32,000 nucleotides of DNA from Candidatus Lokiarchaeum ossiferum (lineage in GTDB: Archaea; Asgardarchaeota; Lokiarchaeia; Sigyniarchaeales; Promethearchaeaceae): assembly GCA_025839675.1 (NCBI GenBank), contig CP104013.1, positions 2,190,001 to 2,222,000 on the forward strand. Reading direction: 5' to 3'. Made by a program: the position numbers and the translations under genes. Below the pieces are notes generated by a model that was not told where the DNA came from, made no database searches, and saw only the letters and a list, made by a program, of their open reading frames with translations. Positions 1-8,897 of the stretch are shown here, piece by piece (positions within the stretch are counted from its first letter, which is position 1; each line of letters starts with the position of its first letter).

Positions 1-2048
1 TTGGGATTATTAGATAATTCAGGAACTTTAAACTTATGAGGACGAAAACCCCAGAATGCCAATTTATCAACACTTAAGGGCAGTTTTTTTCCATTTTTAA
101 AATTGAAATATGAAAAGCTAAATTTGCGAGTAGAAGGATTATAAGAAATGTCTCCAAGTATCTTGATACTCTCTTTATGGTTACTAAATTCTAATCCATC
201 AACAACTAAATCGGAATGTGAAATGGCGAACAATACACAGAATTTAGACTTTAAGTGCTGATTTGTGGAGGAACCATTCATTAACTTTGAAGTTAGTTTG
301 TAGATGAAATCGGGCAAAATAGAATGAGAAATGATTATAATATTCTTAATTTTAATTAATAGATGTAAGATTGCTTGTATTTTCGAGATGGAATTCTCTT
401 CAATCAGATCCAAGGATGGAGAAAGCATCAAAACAAAATGAGAAATATTATTAATATCTCCTTGCATTAACCGAATTTTTTTTGATAGTTTGAAATCTTG
501 GAAAGCAATTTCAGAAGAACTACCATCGAAATCAGTGATATCTTCAAGATTGGTGATTTTTACATTATCTCCATCAGATAAGAAAAATCCATTTTGGTTT
601 AAAATTTGATGAATGTGCTCATCCCACCTATCAATGCTCTTGAAATTTACCTCTTCTACCGAAAACGGAGACACAACCCTATCTTTTTTTTTATGTTGAA
701 GAGGCAATTCATATCGAACTTGATCTTTCGATTTTCGTTCATGGGCCAGATCACTTAAACTAATTTTATTTACTGGGGTATAATGAAAGTCATTTGATTC
801 AATATTCCATTTAAAACAGGGAAAAATAGTACCAATTAACCAATTACAAGTCGATAGAATGGCCGTCGGACTTGTATCGAAAACAATCCACTTTCTTTCC
901 AATTTTTCAGCGACCATCGCTGTCGTTCCAGAACCACTTGTAGGATCAAGCACTAAATCCCCCGGACGTGTGGTCATAGCCATACATCTTTGAATCACTT
1001 TTGGGTTAGTATGTACGGTGTAATGTTTTTTAGCTGCAAAAGTACTTGTAGATGTATCAGTCCATAGATTTGTTAATATCATTGCAGGAAAATCAGATTC
1101 ATAACGTTTTCCATATAGTTTATTGTTAATTATTTGCACTCGATCCAGCTCAATCAACTTTTGAATAGCTGTTTTCTCCCAGCGCCATTCAAATCCATTT
1201 GGAGAAGCGATTTTTTTACCTTGATATTCAATTATGAATTGTCTTTCAAAACGATTTGGCTTCAGAGGATTGATGCGTTTAACTAATTCTTGAGGTTTAA
1301 AGCGGATAATTTCTCCATTTTTGGGATTTTTAGAAGAATAAGTGAATGTTTTGGCGATTTTATCCATAGGACGCTCAGTGAAAAGATTTCGTCGAAAAAC
1401 TTGTTTTTTATCTTTCGCATACCATAGAAGATAATCTGCGATGCCTTGAACCTTATTGGTACTTATAGCCGTTCTAAATGTTATTTGACTGACGCAATTT
1501 TCGATGCCAAAAATTTCATCAAGTAAACAGCGAACATAATGTAAGTTTTTTTCTCCAATTTGAACAAAAATCGAACCACTACTGGTTAATAATTCCCGAA
1601 AAAGAACGAATCTTACTCTGAGATAGGCTAAGTAAGAACTTAGACCATTTTTCCAAGTATCCAGATAACCTTCAGATTGAGATGACCCTGAAGTGTGTTT
1701 TGCATCAAAATTTATTCCAAAAGGAGGATCCATATAAATCATCTGAACTTTAGAACCATATCCCGCCTTTAAAAGAGCATTCATCCCAATTAATGAATCT
1801 CCGTGAATTATTCGATTATGCCAAACTTCATCTTCATCTCCCAAAAATTTGATGTATTTAGTGGTTTCGAATTCATTTTCAAATTTCTCCTTTCCAAGAA
1901 TCATCTTTAAATTGCTTAAAATTTTCTTTGAATCGAAAAAATTAATCGAATTTAATTTGGCTTCGGGGACAGAAAAAGAAGTTTGAGGTTTATCCTGCCA
2001 AGAAATAACGGGTGTTTCGGGATCAATCTTTGGAAAAGAAAAATTCAT
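1..2048 (-). CDS. Type III Mod-like (beta-class, COG2189-type) N6-adenine/N4-cytosine DNA methyltransferase; the C-terminal part runs off the window (about 682 aa visible)
   Basis: Absent from the ORF track because it is open to the window edge. Hand translation of the reverse strand from ATG 2048-2046 gives MNFSFPKIDPETPVISWQDKPQ... I checked the frame at four points down to nt 3 and saw no stop. Motif IV 'IYMDPPFGINF' (D codon 1730-1728) precedes motif I 'VLDPTSGSGTTAMVAE' (D codon 947-945), which is the beta-class order. 'LLDEIFGIENCVSQITF' is typical of Mod-type enzymes. Confidence 0.8.
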   Translation of the reverse strand, partial: MNFSFPKIDPETPVISWQDKPQTSFSVPEAKLNSINFFDSKKILSNLKMILGKEKFENEFETTKYIKFLGDEDEVWHNRIIHGDSLIGMNALLKAGYGSKVQMIYMDPPFGINFDAKHTSGSSQSEGYLDTWKNGLSSYLAYLRVRFVLFRELLTSSGSIFVQIGEKNLHYVRCLLDEIFGIENCVSQITFRTAISTNKVQGIADYLLWYAKDKKQVFRRNLFTERPMDKIAKTFTYSSKNPKNGEIIRFKPQELVKRINPLKPNRFERQFIIEYQGKKIASPNGFEWRWEKTAIQKLIELDRVQIINNKLYGKRYESDFPAMILTNLWTDTSTSTFAAKKHYTVHTNPKVIQRCMAMTTRPGDLVLDPTSGSGTTAMVAEKLERKWIVFDTSPTAILSTCNWLIGTIFPCFKWNIESNDFHYTPVNKISLSDLAHERKSKDQVRYELPLQHKKKDRVVSPFSVEEVNFKSIDRWDEHIHQILNQNGFFLSDGDNVKITNLEDITDFDGSSSEIAFQDFKLSKKIRLMQGDINNISHFVLMLSPSLDLIEENSISKIQAILHLLIKIKNIIIISHSILPDFIYKLTSKLMNGSSTNQHLKSKFCVLFAISHSDLVVDGLEFSNHKESIKILGDISYNPSTRKFSFSYFNFKNGKKLPLSVDKLAFWGFRPHKFKVPELSNNP

Positions 2049-2121
2049 ATATTTAAATATAAATGCTAATATAACTTAAGCATTTTTTGTCAAATTACTT
2101 CAGATTAAGAGAAAAATTAAG
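2049..2121. promoter_or_regulatory. Short divergent promoter region between the two methyltransferase genes, with archaeal TATA-like boxes
   Basis: A 73-nt AT-rich spacer. 'TTTAAATA' at 2052-2059 matches the archaeal TATA consensus TTTAWATA and lies about 65 nt upstream of ATG 2122. On the other strand, 'TTATATTA' lies about 20-26 nt upstream of ATG 2048, which would fit a leaderless or short-leader transcript. Confidence 0.3.
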
Positions 2122-4176
2122 ATGATAAATCGAAGATCCATCCGAAAAATGAAGGAAAAAATCAATGGTCAAATTCAAGATACTTTAATGAAGGATTCTG
2201 ATAATTATGTCTTGAATAAAGATTTTATCCAAAATTATCTAGTCATTCTAGTATTCTTATCAAAATCCGAGTTGTTTACTCATTTTTCCAAATCTCAGCA
2301 ATCCAAATTGAAGAAAACCTTATTTAACATTTTTAAAAAAGAATTCTCTCCTTCTATAACCAATTTTCAAGAAATTCAAAAATTTGTGTCTGTCTTACCC
2401 CCAAACATGACTTTTTTCAGGGACAATCAATTATCTTCGGACCAATTAAAATGGAACAATAATAAAAATGAAGTGAGCATGTATTCTAACATTTTTTTAG
2501 GTCAAAACTCAAAATTAGCAGACATATTTGAGTTTCATGCAATATTACAGACACTAAGATATGATTCAACAAATAAAAAAAGCCAAATTCAAAAAAATCG
2601 AGGTGCTTTTTTTACTCCGCTCAATGTAATTAATTTCATTTTGGAATCCCTAAACCAAAAACTTCTTGATTCGTTTAAAACACGAAAAAAAGTACGAATT
2701 TTAGATTATTCATGCGGTATGGGAGGATTTATCATCTGTACTTTAGTGTATATCTCAAATTTACTTTCAGATTCTACAATTTTGCATGGGGATATAGAAA
2801 TTGAATTTTGGGGAATTGATATAGATATTTTTGCATTAGATATTGCCCAATTTTCACTCAAATTACTAAATAATAATGATAATTTTAATGCAAGTCAAAT
2901 ATCTGTAAGTTTTTTTCATCAAGATTCATTAAAACCCATTGATGATAAGAATATTATTTCAAATGATCTCAACTTAAAATTTAGACACCAATTATGTCCC
3001 TTCAATGAAAAATTTTCAGATTTTATCCTTAGTAATCCCCCATACGTCAGTTGGGGGTTGGGAAGAGTAGGAAAGTTAGGAAAAGACCAAACTCAAATGC
3101 TCCGTCAAAATTTCTCACATTCAGCAGAATATAAGATTAGTTACTATGCCATATTCATAGAACGGGCAATTCAATTATTAAAGAATCACGGTTTTGCCGC
3201 ATTGGTCGTTCCAGATAGTTTTCTAATGGGAAAATACTTTCATAAGCTTAGAAATTATATATTACACACCACAAGGATTCAAGAAATTAATTTATTTCAA
3301 AGGAATTTTTGGTCTGGAGTCGATAGTGGTCTTCCGGTGATAATTATTTTTCAAAAGGATGCAATGAAAATTAAAAAGCAACAAATGATATCACGTATGT
3401 TAAGTTTTTCACCCCAACATATCAAAATACTACACGAGTATCAAATGGATCAACAATATTTTGCGAAAATATCAAGATCTCGATTTCGGCTTCTTTTTTC
3501 AGAAGAATCTCTGTTGTATATTAACCGTTTAGAACAAAATTCAATTCCTTTAGATCAACTATTCGAAATTCATCATGGGATTCGATCCAAAAAAGGAATA
3601 GGAAAAAAAGAAATTACATCAAAATTACGATTAGGATCATCTTGGATGCCTGGTTTGGTATCAGGAAATGATGTAGAACCTTATAAACTATCCTATCGAG
3701 GATTTTATATAAATACTAAACCAGAAAATTTGTATTCAGGTGGATATCAGAGATATCACATAGAACAAAATAAAATTATACTACGTCGAACAAGTGATAG
3801 ACTTATTGCAGCGGTAGATGAAAAAGGATACTATCATACAAACACACTTCTCTACATCATCCCAAAAGAAGGAGTTAAATCCCCAATCTCACTCTATGAG
3901 CTATGTGCATTACTGAATTCCAATTTATTGAACAAATATTATGCCTTGATATCCCTAAAATCCAAACGAACGTTGCCTCAAGTAGAAATAGATATGTTGA
4001 ATAAGATACCTCTTAAAATTCAGAAAGAATCCGCTGAGATTATCCAGTTGGTAAAAAAAATCCATACATTAAAGACAAAAAATACAAGGACCAATGAAGA
4101 AGAACAAGAAATCACAAATTTTTTCGATTTAATTGAAAAAAATCTTGAAAATTTGTACTTAAAATTGAGAATATAA
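2122..4176 (+). CDS. Gamma-class N6-adenine DNA methyltransferase, Eco57I/TaqI-like with a TaqI-type C-terminal target-recognition region; no nuclease domain seen
   Basis: 684-aa ORF. Motif X-like 'RGAFFTPLNVINFILE' (about 2602-2640), AdoMet motif I 'VRILDYSCGMGGFI' (about 2692-2733) and catalytic motif IV 'LSNPPYVSWG' (NPPY = 3034-3045, in frame). The X, I, IV order is gamma-class. Confidence 0.8.
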   Translation: MINRRSIRKMKEKINGQIQDTLMKDSDNYVLNKDFIQNYLVILVFLSKSELFTHFSKSQQSKLKKTLFNIFKKEFSPSITNFQEIQKFVSVLPPNMTFFRDNQLSSDQLKWNNNKNEVSMYSNIFLGQNSKLADIFEFHAILQTLRYDSTNKKSQIQKNRGAFFTPLNVINFILESLNQKLLDSFKTRKKVRILDYSCGMGGFIICTLVYISNLLSDSTILHGDIEIEFWGIDIDIFALDIAQFSLKLLNNNDNFNASQISVSFFHQDSLKPIDDKNIISNDLNLKFRHQLCPFNEKFSDFILSNPPYVSWGLGRVGKLGKDQTQMLRQNFSHSAEYKISYYAIFIERAIQLLKNHGFAALVVPDSFLMGKYFHKLRNYILHTTRIQEINLFQRNFWSGVDSGLPVIIIFQKDAMKIKKQQMISRMLSFSPQHIKILHEYQMDQQYFAKISRSRFRLLFSEESLLYINRLEQNSIPLDQLFEIHHGIRSKKGIGKKEITSKLRLGSSWMPGLVSGNDVEPYKLSYRGFYINTKPENLYSGGYQRYHIEQNKIILRRTSDRLIAAVDEKGYYHTNTLLYIIPKEGVKSPISLYELCALLNSNLLNKYYALISLKSKRTLPQVEIDMLNKIPLKIQKESAEIIQLVKKIHTLKTKNTRTNEEEQEITNFFDLIEKNLENLYLKLRI

Positions 4177-4647
4177 TTTTTTTACTGGTTTTCTAAATAA
4201 CAGGATTACAAGTAAAAGACCAGCAGAAGCTAAACCGAATACCAGCAGTTTCTCTTCAAAATAATTAAATAAAATATTTGTAAAGAGTAAGAAGGTAAAC
4301 AACAGTGCTAGCAAAGTCATGTACATAAGAATTACTTTAAAAATGCTCATATTAAGCATATTGACATGTTTAGGTTCCTTTCGCTTGCAAGTCGTACCAA
4401 TTTTTTCAAAACATTCTAATCTATCTTCATCACTTAATTTTACTGTACAAAATTTGCATTTTTTGGGTAAAATAGCATCAATAATATCAATGGAAGTATT
4501 ATTGTTCAAATGCATTATATCTTGTTGAATTGTATAGATCTCTTTTTCTTGCTCTAAAATGAGTTTTTCCGCACCTAACTGCTTCAACAGTTGTAACTTT
4601 TGCATACTCTCTTGCAATTCATGTAATTTTTCGTTAACATCAGACAT
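4159..4647 (-). CDS. Hypothetical membrane-anchored protein: N-terminal coiled coil, Cys cluster, two C-terminal TM helices
   Basis: 162-aa ORF with an ATG start. 'LHELQESMQKLQLLKQLGAEKLILEQEKE' has heptad character. The Cys pattern is 'CKFCTVKLSDEDRLECFEKIGTTCKRK'. Hydrophobic stretches are 'ILMYMTLLALLFTFLLFTNILF' and 'LLVFGLASAGLLLVILLF'. Its 3' end overlaps the convergent methyltransferase by 18 nt. Confidence 0.55.
   Translation of the reverse strand: MSDVNEKLHELQESMQKLQLLKQLGAEKLILEQEKEIYTIQQDIMHLNNNTSIDIIDAILPKKCKFCTVKLSDEDRLECFEKIGTTCKRKEPKHVNMLNMSIFKVILMYMTLLALLFTFLLFTNILFNYFEEKLLVFGLASAGLLLVILLFRKPVKKLYSQF
4177..4183 (+). terminator. Oligo-T tract directly after the methyltransferase stop codon (candidate archaeal terminator)
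   Basis: T7 run at 4177-4183 immediately 3' of TAA 4174-4176. Archaeal RNA polymerase terminates at oligo-T, but T runs are common in this AT-rich DNA. Confidence 0.3.
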
Positions 4648-4766
4648 AAGGGTTCACTAAGATAGCAGATTCACAATTACGAAAATCAATGTATTACTAT
4701 GTTTAATTAAAGGAATTAACGACCGAATTTAAATGATAGACATTGGGGAGTTTCTAATATTTTTGT

Positions 4767-4808
4767 AAAAAAAATTCAACTTTTGTAGTAAAGTTTAAAA
4801 AAACTTTA
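4767..4808 (-). terminator. AT-rich hairpin plus oligo-T downstream of the surface-protein gene (candidate terminator)
   Basis: On the minus strand just past stop 4812-4810: an inverted repeat TAAAGTTT/AAACTTTA (4789-4796 / 4801-4808) with a 4-nt loop, followed by a T8 run (A8 on the plus strand, 4767-4774). Confidence 0.3.
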
Positions 4809-4809
4809 T

Positions 4810-6714
4810 TTAGTGATTAAAATGTTTATTTCTTGAAATTAAAAATACAATAGCAAGCCCAAATATTGTTATCAACGGGAATAGTGAATATCCAGGGATC
4901 ACTGCATCATTTACACTATTTGACCACTCATCAACAAGAAATGCATCAATTCCAAACCCATAAAGTCCAAGATCATATAGTTTAAACTCATAAATATTTT
5001 CCCCAGCTAATTTGTATTGCTCATTAATTGTATTTCCATAATTATCTACGTAAGATTCATTTGAATATACATGCCAAGTATTAAATTCAGCAGTATCTTC
5101 ATAATCAGATTTCCAGTGCATGAATTGAAGAGGAGGTTCTCCGAAAAGTAGGTTAGGTGATATTTCATCAGGATAAGTCAACCTTAAAGTTATAGGAAAT
5201 GTGACTGCTGATTTATTGGCAGCATTAATCCAAAAAACCACACCACCTCCCTCATAATAGGTATTATCAATTTCAACGTTCCCAAAAACACCATTATATT
5301 CACTTCGTGAATACATATCCATCCTATAATATCCTTCTTGCAGATTTCTTTCCCATTCAGATGCAGTAGAAGCTGCAAAGAACATATTTGTTGAAGTGGT
5401 TAATGTTGTTGATATAGTTAATTTGAATTTAACATCGGAATTGTATTCGAATGAAGGATCTAAAGATGAAATATACTTACCAGATTTCGCATTTCCAGAA
5501 TGAATGTTTTCTGTTTTTAAAAATTCTTGGCGGAGATAACCACCCAAATTTATTTCCATGCTATAATACGATGAACGTCCACTATTATCTACTGCAATAG
5601 CCATAAACCGTAAATTAGTAAAACGTGTTGAATATTGAGCTTCTAACTCAGATAATCGAATTGTTGTTAAAGGTACTTCATAAATTTGGTTAGATGAAAC
5701 ATTTTCAATAATACGATAAGGGTAAGGTTGGCCATAATCACCAAAAATAATGATATAAATTTTATCTAAATCATCATAAAGTGGAGAACTATCGGAATCA
5801 ATTGCAGATGTAACAATCATTGCATTTTGAGTCTCATACATGACAAAATCACCATATTGAGATGTTTTAGTTGCCATGTTGACGATTTGTGGAATATAAT
5901 TCCCCGCTTTTGTTAGATTGAAGCAATCATAGGTCGATTTCCCATTTTCGTCTATAACAAAAAGTTCTATTTTAGACGTAGATCCAACTTTATCATTAAT
6001 AGCAAAAATGGTTTCTAGATTTAAGTTAACATTTGTTCCAGAATATTCGTCATATCCATCGGAAATGCTATTATTATCAACTATAACTGTATAATTAAAC
6101 TTCAGATTATCAGTAGTGTAAACAGTCCATGAAAATGGTTGATAATTATCTGGATAGTAATAAAAATCATCATAATACATGCCTAAAACGGGATTATCCT
6201 CCGTAATATTTACAATCATTTCATGCGCATATATTTGCTGAGTTATTGAATGAAAAATTTCAAAGGTTACGTTGTGGATGCCGATGTTATTCATCACAGT
6301 ATTTTGTAGAGAATAATCAACAGTGAATTCCCAAGTGTTATAAATTTCCTGATAATCCTTTTGTTGACCATCAACGAAAATTCTATACCATTCAAATGTT
6401 CCTCTACATTCCCTATAATTTTCATCGTAAGGTAAGTAAAAATGAATTTGATTTTCAACTTGGTTTTGATATCGTTCTACATAAGTAGGGGCAAAAATAA
6501 ATTGATCAAATGGATATTTTCCCCCTAGATGATTATAATCATACATCTTGTAGGATGACTGAGAATCTAATGGTTGTTCAGAAGGTAGTTCTCTCAATCC
6601 ATTATTAGAAATATCTCGCCCATTATCAATTTTGGTGAAACTACTATTGAATATACATCCAAACATGAAAAGAACTATCAATGTTCTATACAAATAAGCA
6701 CGCTTCATTATCAT
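4810..6714 (-). CDS. Secreted/cell-surface protein, probably a glycoprotein, with an N-terminal signal peptide and a C-terminal PGF-CTERM-like anchor
   Basis: 634-aa ORF. N-terminus 'MIMKRAYLYRTLIVLFMFGCIFNSS' is a basic n-region plus a hydrophobic core. There are many N-x-S/T sequons (NSS, NVT, NIT, NYT, NLT, NVS, NKS, NES...). C-terminus '...VIPGYSLFPLITIFGLAIVFLISRNKHFNH' is P-G-aromatic, one TM helix and a basic tail. Confidence 0.75.
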   Translation of the reverse strand: MIMKRAYLYRTLIVLFMFGCIFNSSFTKIDNGRDISNNGLRELPSEQPLDSQSSYKMYDYNHLGGKYPFDQFIFAPTYVERYQNQVENQIHFYLPYDENYRECRGTFEWYRIFVDGQQKDYQEIYNTWEFTVDYSLQNTVMNNIGIHNVTFEIFHSITQQIYAHEMIVNITEDNPVLGMYYDDFYYYPDNYQPFSWTVYTTDNLKFNYTVIVDNNSISDGYDEYSGTNVNLNLETIFAINDKVGSTSKIELFVIDENGKSTYDCFNLTKAGNYIPQIVNMATKTSQYGDFVMYETQNAMIVTSAIDSDSSPLYDDLDKIYIIIFGDYGQPYPYRIIENVSSNQIYEVPLTTIRLSELEAQYSTRFTNLRFMAIAVDNSGRSSYYSMEINLGGYLRQEFLKTENIHSGNAKSGKYISSLDPSFEYNSDVKFKLTISTTLTTSTNMFFAASTASEWERNLQEGYYRMDMYSRSEYNGVFGNVEIDNTYYEGGGVVFWINAANKSAVTFPITLRLTYPDEISPNLLFGEPPLQFMHWKSDYEDTAEFNTWHVYSNESYVDNYGNTINEQYKLAGENIYEFKLYDLGLYGFGIDAFLVDEWSNSVNDAVIPGYSLFPLITIFGLAIVFLISRNKHFNH

Positions 6715-6743
6715 TTTCTTGAACCTCTCAATTATTAAAAAAA

Positions 6744-7451
6744 TTAAACAATGTTTTGCTCTTCTCTAAGAGTAGAAATCCCAGCAAGTTGTTTTGAAAT
6801 TAAATCTTTTAACCATTTCTTAATTTGAAGAAAATTTTTAACTAAACCCATTGTACTTTCTTCAGGAAAGGGTAGATCTTGCCCTTGTTTTAAAGCGAAA
6901 TCCATCCATTTATGTAATGCGAGTTGAACCAAATCAGCACCTTTGGAATTTTGAAATATAGGAATAAGTGCAGCTCTTTCCCGACATTCACCAATTGCAA
7001 AATAAACTCTACGACTTAATTCTTTTGATAAAGCAAAATGCATTGCTTCATCTACTTTTCTTTCAACTAAAATACATTTGGAAATTTGATTTCGTAAATC
7101 GGAATTGATCGATTGCAGCTGTGATTTGTATTTTTGAAGGTTATCTGCGAGATTTTTGATATTTTCATCAATAGTTTCTTCATTACTCTCAAATAGAGTA
7201 AGAAAAATTTCGTCTTCTTTGTTTAAAATACTGATAAATTGCTTTGATTGCGCATTATATAATAAAGCAACATCTTGAATATGATCTTTTCCAGGATTAA
7301 TTTTGATGGAGAAACATCGAAAGGGAACATCACTTGCGGTAAAATATGCCAATTCAAATAATTCTAACCTTCCCAGTGGATCATAGGCAATCTTGACAGA
7401 TCTATTCCGCCAAATTTTGTTTATCTTTGCAAATTCTTGTAAAAGTCCCAT
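6744..7451 (-). CDS. Hypothetical protein (235 aa), co-oriented directly downstream of SepSecS
   Basis: Long ORF with an ATG start, 54 nt downstream of the spcS stop and 29 nt upstream of the next gene. Mostly helical-looking, and I recognise no motif in it. Confidence 0.6.
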   Translation of the reverse strand: MGLLQEFAKINKIWRNRSVKIAYDPLGRLELFELAYFTASDVPFRCFSIKINPGKDHIQDVALLYNAQSKQFISILNKEDEIFLTLFESNEETIDENIKNLADNLQKYKSQLQSINSDLRNQISKCILVERKVDEAMHFALSKELSRRVYFAIGECRERAALIPIFQNSKGADLVQLALHKWMDFALKQGQDLPFPEESTMGLVKNFLQIKKWLKDLISKQLAGISTLREEQNIV

Positions 7452-7505
7452 TTTTTTCCCTTAAATTGTGTTGATCTTTTGAAAATAAAAAAATTTCGTT
7501 TAGGT

Positions 7506-8897
7506 TCATTTATCTTGGATCTGTATGAAGGCTTTTTTTAACATTTGGATTGCAAGTAAAATATGTTTTTTCTCAACCCCTATTGCGGCATTCATGACTA
7601 CATAAGAGAAAGGTATTTCTGTTTTATTTGTACAAGACCCAAATTCAGACTTATTTAGATCAATGATCCTTGGACCGGTAACGCGTAAATTATATAGAAA
7701 TCCACCTAATTTTGAGATTTGATCTTGAGAAAATTTGGAAAGTGTTAATGCACACGATACTTTGTTTCCACAATCTATTAGCTTTTCCCCAAGATTTTCG
7801 GCAAGATTCTTCAGTTCAGATTGAAGTATGAAAAGATTTTCTTTTTGTTGTTTCATTTTGGATAAGTATCCGTTTTTTCCCATGCTTAGAAGAGACGTTA
7901 ATAAATGCATCGCAGGAGCAGCACTCGCTCTTCCAGCGTACGATTTGCTGATAGTTTGAATTAACTCTGAATTTGGGGATGCAATAATCGCCCCTCCGAC
8001 TGGAGTTAAGAAACATTTATCAGTACTCTGTATTATTGCATCCACCTTCCCTGCATCTATTGCCCCACGAATTATTTTCAAGATATCGCTAGATTGAACA
8101 CCATATGCGTTGTTAATTATATGAATGAGTTCATTTTTTTTGGCAAACTTTGAGATTTCTTTTATATTATCTGGAACCCTCGGGGCAAAAAATGCACAGT
8201 TTGTAATAATTGCACACACAGAATCGGAGTTTTTTTGAAAAATGGATTCAATTTCAGCCATATCAGTGTAAACACCTTCAGAAGCATAATAATTTTTTCC
8301 AAAATGACCCGGTATTGTGATTATCTCGGCTCCAATATATTTAATACCTTTGATGGGTGAATTGTGATCAATTTGAGTCATTAATACCATGTTTTTTTTT
8401 GTAGAGTTTATTTGAAAATGTGCTAAAGCACCTCGTAAAGCTAACCCAAGACTCATACCTGTACCCATGGGTACGACTAGAGAGCTTTTGATATTAGATA
8501 ACCCCAGAGACTTTAAAAGGGAAAAGGAAACTTTGTTTGACAAATTTTGCATTAAAGAGGCACCAGCAGCTTTTGGTTGGGGAGCCGCCAGCTCCCCACT
8601 TCTACCGACACCATGGCAAAAACCACCAATTTGATTAGACAGTAATTGAGTAGAAATTCTCCCTTCTCTTTCTCCAATCCGGATTGATTGTGGATCTTTA
8701 TCAGAATCTAAATGACTAAGAACATAAAGTAATTGAGTTATCTGATCATCATTCCAGCCCTCATCAGGGATAGATCTCTGTTCAAATAGTTGAATAATTG
8801 GCTTTGTATGAGCCCGTAATCCAATCGATGATCGATCCAACATATGAAGTGGAATACCGAGATTTTCAAGCTTCTTTGTAATAGATTTTTCCCACAT
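7506..8897 (-). CDS. spcS: O-phosphoseryl-tRNA(Sec) selenium transferase (SepSecS)
   Basis: Strong similarity, from memory, to human/archaeal SepSecS blocks: 'GEREGRI', 'HGVGRSGELAAPQPKAAGASL', 'VVPMGTGMSL', 'CAFFAPRVPD', 'INNAYGVQSS', the PLP-lysine block 'QSTDKCFLTPVGGAIIA', and 'YAGRASAAPAMHLLTSLLSMGKNGY'. The track starts at TTG 8900; the adjacent ATG at 8897 is the more likely start. Confidence 0.9.
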   Translation of the reverse strand: MWEKSITKKLENLGIPLHMLDRSSIGLRAHTKPIIQLFEQRSIPDEGWNDDQITQLLYVLSHLDSDKDPQSIRIGEREGRISTQLLSNQIGGFCHGVGRSGELAAPQPKAAGASLMQNLSNKVSFSLLKSLGLSNIKSSLVVPMGTGMSLGLALRGALAHFQINSTKKNMVLMTQIDHNSPIKGIKYIGAEIITIPGHFGKNYYASEGVYTDMAEIESIFQKNSDSVCAIITNCAFFAPRVPDNIKEISKFAKKNELIHIINNAYGVQSSDILKIIRGAIDAGKVDAIIQSTDKCFLTPVGGAIIASPNSELIQTISKSYAGRASAAPAMHLLTSLLSMGKNGYLSKMKQQKENLFILQSELKNLAENLGEKLIDCGNKVSCALTLSKFSQDQISKLGGFLYNLRVTGPRIIDLNKSEFGSCTNKTEIPFSYVVMNAAIGVEKKHILLAIQMLKKAFIQIQDK

